Virus record (IMG/VR): IMGVR_UViG_3300030329_004481 | Origin: a virus | Length of the DNA: 64,000 nucleotides | Direction: 5' to 3' (one strand) | In this document: positions 29,126-38,477 of the stretch, piece after piece | Layout: each line of letters starts with the position of its first letter | How positions within the stretch are numbered: position 1 is the first letter of the stretch | The notes under the pieces: model-generated | Database searches by the model: none | Told to the model about the DNA's origin: nothing | Seen by the model: the letters and a program-made list of their open reading frames with translations, nothing else | Translations under genes and position numbers: made by a program

Positions 29126-29570
29126 ATTTGACCTTACCTTTCTGCTTCAATGCCGTAAGCACGTCTTTTCGGTTAGATCCGTCCCTTTTATATGAACAGT
29201 GAATCCAACCTGAATTTGGGTCAACACCATCATAAAACTCAAGAATTAATTGATCGAAATCGAGATTGTCTCGAATCCATTTTGCTAAATCAGGATTAGA
29301 AATGGAATAACTTTCAAAGTCTGCCGCCTCACCCTTACAGTGCTGACTCTTAGAACTACCACCGACCGCCTTATTTAAGTCAGGAGATCTGTAGCCTGAA
29401 TTCAAAGTAATAACACCATGTTCTTCTCTAATAGGTTGTAGGATTTTATGTGAAAGTACAACTAGGTTCACCAAATGCTCGTCATCTTTTGGTGAATTAT
29501 CAATTGCCATTCTGTCGGCAGTTGAGCTTTTAACAAACTCATTTAAATGGAAGTTTTTACTCAATCTCAT
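29097..29570 (-). CDS. Peptidase M15A-family cell-wall hydrolase (candidate endolysin)
   Basis: LSKNFHLNEF, SGYRS, SQHCKGEAAD, DFDQLILE, WIHCS. Confidence 0.9.
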   Translation of the reverse strand: MRLSKNFHLNEFVKSSTADRMAIDNSPKDDEHLVNLVVLSHKILQPIREEHGVITLNSGYRSPDLNKAVGGSSKSQHCKGEAADFESYSISNPDLAKWIRDNLDFDQLILEFYDGVDPNSGWIHCSYKRDGSNRKDVLTALKQKGKVKYEKGLVGVK

Positions 29571-30265
29571 TTTGGATACCCCTCTATAGTGAAAGTTAAT
29601 TTTTTTAGTAATTCTTTTTTTCTTTTTTTATTTGCATTAAAAAAGACATACCTATACTTTTGTGCTCGGTCCTCATAGTATATATTATCTTCACCATATT
29701 CTGATTTTAATTTTTCAGTTCTATTCTTATGACCCCTATATTTATCAGTAATACTCGCGGGATGTAGATCTAAACCTTTTATTCTAATATCTTTAATTGA
29801 TTTTGTTTTACCAATGTAATACCAATTAGTGCATTGATAAACAATACCAAGATGATTCATTGTTGAATCTGCATAAGATACAATTATTTCTTTATCTAAT
29901 TTTTTAAGAGAGTTTCCTATAAGAAAAGATTCACCATTTTTTGGAACAGAATCATCAACCCAAAGCCTAGTTAGCTCATATACATTGTCTGCTTCTTCTT
30001 CACCACAAATAGATTTTAATATAGGATTATAGGCGGGAACTCCATAACAAATTACACCTTTTAAAGTGCCTCCAAAGAACCCGCCATTTTCGAATATACC
30101 ATACGCCTTAGAACATGGAGCAGCACGATGTAAGTAATGATTTTCAATTACTATATTAAGCGCTGCTTTTGTTTCTATAGGTTCTACAGTATAATTATTC
30201 TTTGAAAGCCCCGATTGGTATTTCACGTGGTTCTTTACCTTCTGGAAAAATCTTTTCCAATTCAA
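29567..30265 (-). CDS. Mom-like DNA modification protein (GNAT fold)
   Basis: HYLH, GVICYG, ELTRLW, ESFLIG, VSYAD, HLGIVYQCTNW; start uncertain (possibly GTG at 30226). Confidence 0.8.
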   Translation of the reverse strand: MNWKRFFQKVKNHVKYQSGLSKNNYTVEPIETKAALNIVIENHYLHRAAPCSKAYGIFENGGFFGGTLKGVICYGVPAYNPILKSICGEEEADNVYELTRLWVDDSVPKNGESFLIGNSLKKLDKEIIVSYADSTMNHLGIVYQCTNWYYIGKTKSIKDIRIKGLDLHPASITDKYRGHKNRTEKLKSEYGEDNIYYEDRAQKYRYVFFNANKKRKKELLKKLTFTIEGYPK

Positions 30266-30671
30266 TTGTTAACATACCATCAATTAAGTCAGCATGTTTA
30301 ACTTCAATATCATCAGAAAGAGTCCAAGACTTTTTAAAAGATCTTTTTGCAATTCCTTGATGAACATATTCTTTATCATTATCATCTTTAGAATCTTTTG
30401 ATTCTACAGTAAGAACACCATCTTCAAGATGAACTCTAATATCATCTTTTGAAAATCCCGCAACCGCAAGTTCAATGACATATACATTATCACCGTCCTT
30501 ACGCAAATTGTAAGGTGGAAAATTTGTATTCATTGAATGTTGAACTGCACCCCAATCACGAGTCAATGCATCGAACATTCGATCAAAACCGACTGTGACG
30601 TTGTACAATTCTTTCGGGAAGTTATATTTCATGTCCGCAAGAGAACGGGCATTTGCGATTGATTTAACCAT
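30195..30671 (-). CDS. Small heat-shock protein Hsp20 (IbpA-like)
   Basis: VGFDRMF, FPPYN, IELAVAGF, HQGIAKRSF, DGMLTIELE. Confidence 0.95.
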   Translation of the reverse strand: MVKSIANARSLADMKYNFPKELYNVTVGFDRMFDALTRDWGAVQHSMNTNFPPYNLRKDGDNVYVIELAVAGFSKDDIRVHLEDGVLTVESKDSKDDNDKEYVHQGIAKRSFKKSWTLSDDIEVKHADLIDGMLTIELEKIFPEGKEPREIPIGAFKE

Positions 30672-30698
30672 AATACTCCTTTATTAAGCGAGTGTTAT
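30670..30698 (-). promoter_or_regulatory. ROSE-like RNA thermometer sequestering the hsp20 RBS
   Basis: ATAAC-ACTC(G)CTT-AATA-AAGGAGT-ATTATG: UCGCU with bulged G pairs with the AGGAG Shine-Dalgarno. Confidence 0.7.
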
Positions 30699-30729
30699 AA
30701 AAATGAAGACCCGACCATCGGCATCTTCA
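30699..30729 (-). terminator. Terminator-like hairpin between small ORF and hsp20
   Basis: TGAAGATGCCGA-TGG-TCGGGTCTTCA then TTTTT; begins at the small ORF's TGA. Confidence 0.55.
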
Positions 30730-30852
30730 GTCACGAAATCCTTCACCTTTCATGAAGTGATGGATTCGATGTTTAAAAACTATCCAATATAATTCAATGA
30801 GTGAATCTGCTGCATAAGTGCCAGCTTCTACCACTAATTTATATTTAACCAT
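30727..30852 (-). CDS. 41-aa ORF upstream of hsp20
   Basis: MVKYKLVVEAGTYAADSLIELYWIVFKHRIHHFMKGEGFRD; no clear RBS. Confidence 0.5.
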   Translation of the reverse strand: MVKYKLVVEAGTYAADSLIELYWIVFKHRIHHFMKGEGFRD

Positions 30853-30881
30853 ATTATACCCCTATTTATATCAAATGTCAA
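30853..30881 (-). promoter_or_regulatory. Sigma70 promoter with nested late promoter
   Basis: TTGACA-N17-TATAAT; TATAAATA inside the spacer (30863-30870). Confidence 0.85.
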
Positions 30882-30886
30882 GTTTT

Positions 30887-31525
30887 TTAGAAAGAATAAT
30901 TAAATTCTTTGATCTCATACCAAAAATATTCCCCAATCATATCATGTATATCATCTGTATACAAGTTTTTATATTTGTCTTGTGTTACTGGTCCAACATT
31001 TATATGTGAAATCTTTGGAATAGTATAACCTCTAAAAATATTATTTAAATATTCTTGTAAATTTTCTATAGGAATAATATGATCTGCAATTATTTCTCCA
31101 TCAATTTTATAATAATTTATGCCAGTATTTAATGTACCATTTGAATTTCTATATTCATAACAAAAATCTTTGAAGGATTTTAATGATGATAAAGAATATC
31201 CATCATTAGTTCCCTTTGTTTTTAATTTTCTTGAATGAAAATATTTACTAGCTAACAAATTCCAAGGATTTCTCACAGTGACAATTTTCTCCATCATGTC
31301 CCACCATTGAGGAATTGTTTTTTTCAAATCAATTGCATACATATGATGAGAAATTATACAATCACTTTCTAATTTTATTTTTTCTTCATAAGGTTCACTT
31401 GTCAGATATGGTCTATTATTTTGTTTAGCAAAATTGATAATCCATTCAGTCATACTAAGACTAGCTGTTTTTGGATTTCTTAAATAACAAAAAAATTTCC
31501 CAGGAGGAAATACAATACTTGTCAA
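30887..31525 (-). CDS. Sulfotransferase family 2-like (PAPS-dependent) protein
   Basis: RNPKTASLS (5'-PSB), VRNPW..LASKY (3'-PB), IENLQE, HIN. Confidence 0.8.
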   Translation of the reverse strand: MTSIVFPPGKFFCYLRNPKTASLSMTEWIINFAKQNNRPYLTSEPYEEKIKLESDCIISHHMYAIDLKKTIPQWWDMMEKIVTVRNPWNLLASKYFHSRKLKTKGTNDGYSLSSLKSFKDFCYEYRNSNGTLNTGINYYKIDGEIIADHIIPIENLQEYLNNIFRGYTIPKISHINVGPVTQDKYKNLYTDDIHDMIGEYFWYEIKEFNYSF

Positions 31526-32049
31526 GTTTTTCCTGTTGATCCAAATCCACCATCACGGTCTGTCTTTTGACCAGGTACCTCATCTGTTTGACTAAAAGAA
31601 TAATTCAATGTCTTAACTAATTCACCTTGAGCATATCTTTCACCTGCTTTAATTTGTCTCGCAGTATTAGAACTATTATACAAAATTAAAAAACATGGAT
31701 CAACATAATCACTATCAATTACTCCCTCACCATTTGCTAAAAGTAATCCTTGTTTTAATGCAACACTTGATCTAACGTGTATCCTAAGAGAATAACCTTT
31801 TGGAATATCAAAAATCAAACCAGTAGGAATTAACATCCTCTCTTGTGGATAAATCATTACATAAGCAAAACCATTCTTATCAGGTCTTGTTGCTCTTGCT
31901 TGTTTTTTCTCTGGATCATCTAACCATAAACGAATTTGCTCATCATGAAAAAATGAATAGATATCAAAACAAGCAGATCCTTTAGTTGCAAAAACTGGAT
32001 CAATTACATTGTCTCTTTGCTTATAATATTTAAGACTCGGCGTTGCCAT
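31522..32049 (-). CDS. dut: Trimeric dUTPase
   Basis: GSACFD, IPTG, RSS, GVIDSDY, RYAQ, RDGGFGSTG. Confidence 0.95.
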   Translation of the reverse strand: MATPSLKYYKQRDNVIDPVFATKGSACFDIYSFFHDEQIRLWLDDPEKKQARATRPDKNGFAYVMIYPQERMLIPTGLIFDIPKGYSLRIHVRSSVALKQGLLLANGEGVIDSDYVDPCFLILYNSSNTARQIKAGERYAQGELVKTLNYSFSQTDEVPGQKTDRDGGFGSTGKT

Positions 32050-32452
32050 TATCACTCCTTCTTTTATTTCCAATATTATATTTTGGAGTTAACTCCCATT
32101 CATCTTTTTCTTTGAAAGAAAGAATTTTTAATTGATTTAATGCAACCTTCTCTTGTATTCTTGTTTCATCAATGATATTTAACAAACCCCAATCTGATAA
32201 CAATCCAACGATTGTGTTTCTTCTTGCTTTATCATTGTCTGAAAAATTAGAAGGTTTACCATCTAAAGCAAACAATTCTTTAAAATGAACTATATAATAT
32301 TTTCCTTGTTTATGAAGGATGTGACAAGACTGATATAAGACTTTTTCTTTTTTTGAAGGGATGCCGATTCTGGTAAGTGTTTCCTTTATCTTCAAGAAAT
32401 CATCAGAACCTTTCAACTCAACTTCAATTAAATCATCGACTACATTAAACAT
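32030..32452 (-). CDS. regA: Translational repressor RegA
   Basis: DDFLKIKETLTRIGI, LYQSCHILHKQGKYYIVHFKELFALDG. Confidence 0.97.
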   Translation of the reverse strand: MFNVVDDLIEVELKGSDDFLKIKETLTRIGIPSKKEKVLYQSCHILHKQGKYYIVHFKELFALDGKPSNFSDNDKARRNTIVGLLSDWGLLNIIDETRIQEKVALNQLKILSFKEKDEWELTPKYNIGNKRRSDNGNAES

Positions 32453-32484
32453 AATACCTCCAATAGTAAATTATATATTTAAAA

Positions 32485-32492
32485 TATTTATA
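32485..32492 (-). promoter_or_regulatory. Late promoter consensus upstream of regA
   Basis: Intergenic TATAAATA. Confidence 0.55.
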
Positions 32493-32494
32493 AT

Positions 32495-32890
32495 TTACTT
32501 ACTTTTGGAAGTACCACCCCTTTCAAATGATTTTTTTATTGTTTCAAAATCTTCATCAGAAATAATGTCTAAAACATCCTTCGCCTTTTGGTTTGAATAA
32601 TTAAAATACTGTTTTAAAATTTCAAGCTTATCTTCTTTCAAAGACTTATGCCACTTGGAGAACCTTTTCTTTGGACGAATCGAATGTAGAAGATAATCAT
32701 TCTGCATCTTTTTATCCAAGTCATGTCTCAAATTCATTTCATTAGCATAGAGAACTGTATCAGCAAAGTATCCCAACCCTCTATTAATAATGAAAGGATT
32801 GTATTCTTTTTCAAGAATACCTTTATCATCATCCTTGAGAAGATTTTTCTTCCCAAAGTTTATATCATTTATAAAATCAAACGGCGACAT
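32495..32890 (-). CDS. gp62: Clamp loader small subunit
   Basis: PFDFINDIN, YNPFIINRGL, YANEMN, KKRFSKW, YFNYS..KA. Confidence 0.93.
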   Translation of the reverse strand: MSPFDFINDINFGKKNLLKDDDKGILEKEYNPFIINRGLGYFADTVLYANEMNLRHDLDKKMQNDYLLHSIRPKKRFSKWHKSLKEDKLEILKQYFNYSNQKAKDVLDIISDEDFETIKKSFERGGTSKSK

Positions 32891-34229
32891 AGTATTCTAT
32901 TTGTCCATCCCATTCTAATTCAACTGATGGGTGATTTCTAAGATATTGTCTATAAGGTGAAAAGTCAATACCAACTCCCCAACCTATAAACTTCATGATT
33001 TCATTCTTACTTACTTTACCATGTCTATCTATAAATGTCAAGATTTTTTTAACTGATTGACTTCTATCAGTAACAGATTTTAGTTCACCAATTGCTTTAT
33101 CAATCATTTTATTGTGTGTTTTAATTCTATTAGACCACGCCATATTATGCTTTACATGATATAATGTTTCTTCTGCATATTGATTTCTATAGTCAACATC
33201 TGTCAAGTAACGATCCATCAAATCTACTAATTGATCTTCATTATAAAATTTACCACATTCAGCACCCAACTCACTAAACAATTCTCTATTCTCATCACTA
33301 CTCTGATACAAATATGGTAGGCCTTGAATCATACCATCTTGTGCAGAAATTGCCCAACGGTTTCCACATAGAACACCAAAAGAACATCTATGTAATTTTT
33401 CATAATATTCTTTTTTAGAATCGACTCCTTCTATATCAAAGTAATCTTCATCTTTCTTATCTGCTAGTGAACACCAAACTGTAAAGTCTTGTCTTTTTTC
33501 TCTAAGTTTTCTAATAGCACTTAGAAACATTGGATAGTTTCTATATGCTTGTGGTCTATGATTAAATACAATTACCTTTTCTGGTTCTCTACATATATCA
33601 TCAGAGATATCTGATTCATTAACACCAATATATTGTGCAGTCATAATTGATTTTAATTTATTTAATGTTTCTGTATTAAAATAAGTTTCTGCTTCATTTA
33701 AAATGTTGCCAATTTGTGTTTCAGTATTTAATCCACAAGAAGACATTTCCAAAGTTCCCATCATATTATATGGAAAATAAGTTTTTGCATACTTAGCAAA
33801 TTCTTTTGTTTCAGTCCAATGACAATATCCAACAATTGGAATCTTACCAAAGTGAGTAGCATTTGCTAAGAAGTTTGAAATATTAACTGTCCATTCTGGT
33901 AAATGAGAATATACAAAATCAAAGTCTTTATGTTTCCAATTTACAATTCTAGACCATGCACTATAGTCAAAATGACCACGCATTGAGTTTGGATATGTTG
34001 GTAATTCAAGTTGGTATTGTTTCACATTAGGAAGATTCAATAAACTAGAATAAGAAGTCAATGGTACATGCCAAATTAAATCATCTCTTATTTTACCAAT
34101 TTCTCTTACTATATCAGAAAAAAATTTTACAAAAGAATCTTTATCAATATGTTTTTGATAAGTTATATTTGGAACTACCAAAACTTGATAACAATTCTTT
34201 TTAACTTCTACATCATAAAAAAGACTCAT
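32877..34229 (-). CDS. GT-B-fold glycosyltransferase-like protein
   Basis: DFVYSHLPE, IVGYCHW, VIVFNHR...RNY, EYYEKL, SAQDGMIQGLPY. Confidence 0.7.
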   Translation of the reverse strand: MSLFYDVEVKKNCYQVLVVPNITYQKHIDKDSFVKFFSDIVREIGKIRDDLIWHVPLTSYSSLLNLPNVKQYQLELPTYPNSMRGHFDYSAWSRIVNWKHKDFDFVYSHLPEWTVNISNFLANATHFGKIPIVGYCHWTETKEFAKYAKTYFPYNMMGTLEMSSCGLNTETQIGNILNEAETYFNTETLNKLKSIMTAQYIGVNESDISDDICREPEKVIVFNHRPQAYRNYPMFLSAIRKLREKRQDFTVWCSLADKKDEDYFDIEGVDSKKEYYEKLHRCSFGVLCGNRWAISAQDGMIQGLPYLYQSSDENRELFSELGAECGKFYNEDQLVDLMDRYLTDVDYRNQYAEETLYHVKHNMAWSNRIKTHNKMIDKAIGELKSVTDRSQSVKKILTFIDRHGKVSKNEIMKFIGWGVGIDFSPYRQYLRNHPSVELEWDGQIEYYVAV

Positions 34230-35386
34230 CTTATTATATCAATTTTATCAATATTATCTACACTCCAAAATTCTAGATCTTTTCTCAATCTACCATCTGC
34301 TCTAACAGACTCCCATCTTCTTTGTGCTTTGTTTTTCCACCACTTAACAATGTTATCAAAATAATAATTGTCAAAGTTTGATTTCTTTTCTAGTTTATCA
34401 GTCTCACCAAAAATATATTCCTTTGTATTAGCAAAACCATAATCAGAAACATAGTATCTTTTTTGTGTAGTGATAGCCATCTTTTCTTTTATGATTCCCA
34501 TTAAAGCATTGTATTTTTGCATATCATGAGTTTTTAGATTTTCTTTGAGAATGGAAAGAATTTTTGCTTGAGTTCTAAACTTTCTGCTTGTAGGTATCTC
34601 TTGATCATCTGGAACAAGTGGACCACCATTTCTTTCTTCAAGATTTAAACGAATCTTTTTATAAATCTCATCTGATAAATTTAAAAGTAATTTGCTATCA
34701 GTATCACCTTTATATCTGATGTAAGGTTTTAAACCATCATACTGACTTGTTCCTTTTATAGATCCATACAAAGATGTTGTTTCAAAAAACAATGCTTCCA
34801 TTTGATCATATTTGTTATTTACATATTCCCTAAGTTCATGACAAACACAAATAAGAGCAATTAATTTTCCACCAAGACAATTAAATCCAAATGGTTGTGA
34901 AGGAACAATATTAAATCCATTTACAAAATGTTTATTAGCAAGTTTTAATGGAGTCTGTTTAACATTGAAAAATACATTTCTTGGTTTGATATTAATAACG
35001 GGAGAACCCAATTTAATAAAACCAACATACTTGCCAGTTGTCTTTTCTTTAATTCCAAAGCGTGAAGACCTGCCGGGGGAATTATCTGCGTTGAATGATG
35101 CTGTTAATTCCAAAAGTGTTGTATAATCTTTTGTCAACATTTTTCCCTCGGCAGGTTTATCTGAAGTATGGATAATTTCAAATTCCATATCTTCAGGAGC
35201 TAGGTCTGGGTTGTCAAACAAATCACCCTCTGGACCTAACCCAAATAGCGAAAGAGAACTTGGTAGCTCTTCCATTCTCTTACGCTTCTTATATCTATAG
35301 TACGCTTCTATGTCAGCAAATTCATCATAGAAACCAACATAATCATTATAGATACTTATTGTTTCTTCTTTACTTAAAGCTAGCAT
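34226..35386 (-). CDS. DUF4338/DruA-like protein
   Basis: GKYVGFIKLGSPV..PRN, IVPSQPFGFNCLGGKLIAL..HELR, ETTSLYG..SQYDG. Confidence 0.7.
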   Translation of the reverse strand: MLALSKEETISIYNDYVGFYDEFADIEAYYRYKKRKRMEELPSSLSLFGLGPEGDLFDNPDLAPEDMEFEIIHTSDKPAEGKMLTKDYTTLLELTASFNADNSPGRSSRFGIKEKTTGKYVGFIKLGSPVINIKPRNVFFNVKQTPLKLANKHFVNGFNIVPSQPFGFNCLGGKLIALICVCHELREYVNNKYDQMEALFFETTSLYGSIKGTSQYDGLKPYIRYKGDTDSKLLLNLSDEIYKKIRLNLEERNGGPLVPDDQEIPTSRKFRTQAKILSILKENLKTHDMQKYNALMGIIKEKMAITTQKRYYVSDYGFANTKEYIFGETDKLEKKSNFDNYYFDNIVKWWKNKAQRRWESVRADGRLRKDLEFWSVDNIDKIDIIR

Positions 35387-36308
35387 CAGCCATAATCTCT
35401 GTTAAACAAGCGGCCATGTTAAGTTCTTGATCTGCAACAAATGCCGCTTTATATTGATAATCTGCAAGTGTAATAATAACTTGAGGAATTGAATTTTCTT
35501 GTACTTTAGTATTTAGCGCTTCATATAACTTTTTAAATATTTTTGTGGAATCATTATCTAAATTTTCAGCGACCCACTTTCTCATATCATTGAACTTTTT
35601 ATCTTTGAGAAGATCCATTAATTCTTCAATAGATTTATCAGAAATATTTGCAAGGATACCCGAATCAATTTCACCAGAAACACTATACCTTTGAAGTTCA
35701 TTCAAACATCTTCTAAAGTCTGGAAAATATTTATTGACTAGTTCAACAAGAACTTGTTGATTATACTTCACTCCTTCTTCTTCAAGAATGGTACATATTC
35801 TTTTGAAGAAAGAAGAAGCGATTGTTGGGGAATCTTTCTTAGCAATTTTATAATCAACAACCGCACATCTAGAATGAATTGGATCAATGATTCTATTTTT
35901 AAAATTACAAGTAAAGATAAAGGAACAATTGGAAGAAAACCTTTCAATAAAACCACGCATAGCAGGTTGTGTGGATGAAGGATTTAAATAATCAGCTTCA
36001 TCTATGATAACAACTTTTCTACCACCTGTCATAGAAACAGATGAACAATATTGATCTAATTTAGATCTCAAAAGATCAATACCAGATTCTTCAGAACCAT
36101 TTATAATGATGTAATCTGAATTAGTTTCTTTACAAAGTGCAACCGCAGATGTAGTCTTACCAATACCTGCTCCACCAGAAAGTAAAAGATTTGGAACATG
36201 ATTTTTGTCTACAAATTCTTGTAGAGAATCTTTAATAGTATTTGGAAGGATACAATCTTGAATTGTTTGTGGTCTATACTTTTCTACCCAAAGGATGTCT
36301 TTATTCAT
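35370..36308 (-). CDS. gp44: Clamp loader large subunit
   Basis: LWVEKYRP, GGAGIGKTT, IIDEAD, SRC, FPDFRR. Confidence 0.97.
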   Translation of the reverse strand: MNKDILWVEKYRPQTIQDCILPNTIKDSLQEFVDKNHVPNLLLSGGAGIGKTTSAVALCKETNSDYIIINGSEESGIDLLRSKLDQYCSSVSMTGGRKVVIIDEADYLNPSSTQPAMRGFIERFSSNCSFIFTCNFKNRIIDPIHSRCAVVDYKIAKKDSPTIASSFFKRICTILEEEGVKYNQQVLVELVNKYFPDFRRCLNELQRYSVSGEIDSGILANISDKSIEELMDLLKDKKFNDMRKWVAENLDNDSTKIFKKLYEALNTKVQENSIPQVIITLADYQYKAAFVADQELNMAACLTEIMADASFK

Positions 36309-36475
36309 GCTCCTATTTTTGTTTCAGTTATTTCAATAAATTCTAACGCAGGATTATTTTTTACAATTTTAGCTTCAGCATTAACTTCTTTTTTTGTTTT
36401 AAAGATTCTTGTCAATCTCATTGAAGAATTCTTTCTCTTAAATACTAAGTTATAATGCTTAACTTGTTTAGCCAT
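36305..36475 (-). CDS. 56-aa hypothetical basic protein
   Basis: Read manually MAKQVKHYNLVFKRKNSSMRLTRIFKTKKE...; AGGAGG RBS; ATGA overlap with gp44. Confidence 0.7.
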   Translation of the reverse strand: MAKQVKHYNLVFKRKNSSMRLTRIFKTKKEVNAEAKIVKNNPALEFIEITETKIGA

Positions 36476-36486
36476 ACAACCTCCTA

Positions 36487-37149
36487 TTAACTATAGCTTG
36501 AAGATGATTCTGTTGCAATCCAATACTCAACACCAACACCTTTTGATTTAAAGTGTGCAATACCTCTGGATGAGATTTGAACATCATAATCATCTCTCAT
36601 TAATTTTAAGTTTTCATGTTTGAAAACAACTTTAAAGTTTTTGTCAGTATCACCAACTTCAATACCAACTTCATCTGTAGATGAATTATTAACATCCATT
36701 ACAGTTAGTTCCATTTTAGATCCATTACCAACAACTCCAATTTCTGGAAGATGTAGAACTGCTGCCGCTCTGAGCAAAGAATCTAAATCTGATTGTGTCA
36801 ACTCAAAAGCAATATCTGCTTGAGGAAACTCAATATCTTTCTCAGGTGGAGAAACAAACATACTTGGATCAGCATAAACATACTTAACTCTTTTCTTACC
36901 CTCAATCATTTTTACATGATTACCATTAAACTCAAATGTAGGTTTATTGAACATTGACAAAGTTCCAAGGAATTTGTTAAGTTCATACACCGCAAAGTCT
37001 TGAGGAAAGTTTTCTTTGACAGTCGCCCTCGCCAAAATATTTTTTTGCGGAGATACTGTTTTTAATTCTTGACCTGTTTTAAAAGCCAAGGATTGATTGA
37101 TCTCTGAAAAGTTTTTCAGAATGTCTTGTGTTTCTTTAGATAGTTCCAT
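36487..37149 (-). CDS. gp45: Sliding clamp
   Basis: MELSKET..ILKNFSEINQS, FAVYELNKFL, ENLKLM..DYDV, YWIATE. Confidence 0.96.
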   Translation of the reverse strand: MELSKETQDILKNFSEINQSLAFKTGQELKTVSPQKNILARATVKENFPQDFAVYELNKFLGTLSMFNKPTFEFNGNHVKMIEGKKRVKYVYADPSMFVSPPEKDIEFPQADIAFELTQSDLDSLLRAAAVLHLPEIGVVGNGSKMELTVMDVNNSSTDEVGIEVGDTDKNFKVVFKHENLKLMRDDYDVQISSRGIAHFKSKGVGVEYWIATESSSSYS

Positions 37150-37159
37150 ATTTCACCTT

Positions 37160-37498
37160 TTAGAATGGATTTTCAATTGTCTTTAATTTAATTGTATCAT
37201 CTGTTTCTTCATTTGTCAAGTTTTTTTCTTCACCTTGCATGAACGCATAATAATACATCAGAACAACATAATGTAATGTCTTAAAAAGATCCTTTTTATT
37301 CTTACCTTCTTTTTTTCCAAATCTAACAAGATATTTTAATGCCGCACCACGACAAAATTCTTCCGCAATTCCTATATGAGAAAACAAATCTTGTATTTGA
37401 AAATCTTCTGCATTTTTTTCACTAACATAATGTGCAGAATAAGTTGAACTTATATAATCTTCTAAAAGACCTATAATTTCTTTTTCCTTATATTTCAC
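37160..37498 (-). CDS. Conserved phage protein, DUF3310-like
   Basis: STYSAHY, FCRGAALKY..RFGKK, DLFK..HY. Confidence 0.7.
   Translation of the reverse strand: MKYKEKEIIGLLEDYISSTYSAHYVSEKNAEDFQIQDLFSHIGIAEEFCRGAALKYLVRFGKKEGKNKKDLFKTLHYVVLMYYYAFMQGEEKNLTNEETDDTIKLKTIENPF
37191..37219 (-). promoter_or_regulatory. Sigma70-type promoter for gp45, embedded in upstream gene
   Basis: AAAAAAC-TTGACA-N17-TACAAT. Confidence 0.75.
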
Positions 37499-38418
37499 TT
37501 TATCCTTCTAGATTTCTTCTTCTTTAATTCTTCTTCACGTTTTTCTTTGAATGGACGTGTTTCCAAATCCATACCATGAGAAGCATATTGTAATTGACCA
37601 AGATCTTTCATGTTACCATTGAAAACAAAATGACCAACATGCTGAATAACCATCCAAGGACATAACCAAACACTCAATCCCATCTTTCTAACCAATTGAC
37701 AAAACATATAATCTTCAGAAAGATAGCGGTCAGAATTATTTGACGCACCTTCACCCATCCATACATCATTGTCTATGATAGTATCAAAATAAGCATGAAT
37801 ATATCTATCACCTTTGAAATGTTCTGTTCTATTATGATCTGGTTTATATGAATATTTTGGATATGTTTCTTTAAATTTTTCAAAAACAGATCTATGTATC
37901 ATCATAAATCCAGTTCCTGTTTCTAATACATCAACAGGTTCAATTAATGAAATTCTACTATTACCTCCTGTTGGATTAAAAACAAAATCACCTGTATATT
38001 TTTCTAAATCTAACGGACTATTATCACCCAAACCTGCATCAACCGCATTCCTTACCTTTTCCCAAGCAATAGTTTTCTTTGGATAAGGACCACCGATAAC
38101 TGGATGTTTATCTTTATCACATAATGCAGCAAGAGAAATTAAGTCATTCGGATCCCAAGATATATCAGAATCAACAAACATCAAATGAGTATATTGTTCT
38201 GCTCTTAAAAATTCATCAACTAAATAATTTCTTGCTCTTGTTATAAGAGACTCATTAAACAAATAAAAGAATTTAAGATCTATACCATACCTTGCAGCAA
38301 GAGTTGTAGTGTCAATTGCAGATCTAGTGTACATACCAGAACACATGCCACCATACATTGGAGTTGCAACAAATATATGTTTTTGTCTTAATTCTTCAAC
38401 AGATATTTTAATTTCCAT
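37495..38418 (-). CDS. GT-A-fold glycosyltransferase-like protein
   Basis: FVATPMYGG, ESLITRARN, FVDSD (DxD), GTGFMMI, LSEDYMFC. Confidence 0.8.
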   Translation of the reverse strand: MEIKISVEELRQKHIFVATPMYGGMCSGMYTRSAIDTTTLAARYGIDLKFFYLFNESLITRARNYLVDEFLRAEQYTHLMFVDSDISWDPNDLISLAALCDKDKHPVIGGPYPKKTIAWEKVRNAVDAGLGDNSPLDLEKYTGDFVFNPTGGNSRISLIEPVDVLETGTGFMMIHRSVFEKFKETYPKYSYKPDHNRTEHFKGDRYIHAYFDTIIDNDVWMGEGASNNSDRYLSEDYMFCQLVRKMGLSVWLCPWMVIQHVGHFVFNGNMKDLGQLQYASHGMDLETRPFKEKREEELKKKKSRRIK

Positions 38419-38441
38419 AGGCTTACCTTCACGAGAGCATT

Positions 38442-38470
38442 AAAAAAGTGATGGGGAAATACCCATCACT
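38442..38470 (-). terminator. Rho-independent terminator after the AAA+ ATPase gene
   Basis: AGTGATGGG-TATTTC-CCCATCACT then T-run. Confidence 0.85.
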
Positions 38471-38477
38471 CTATTTA

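Noticed and set aside
34226-35386. Complete Druantia defence system
   Set aside because: No DruE helicase or other dru genes nearby
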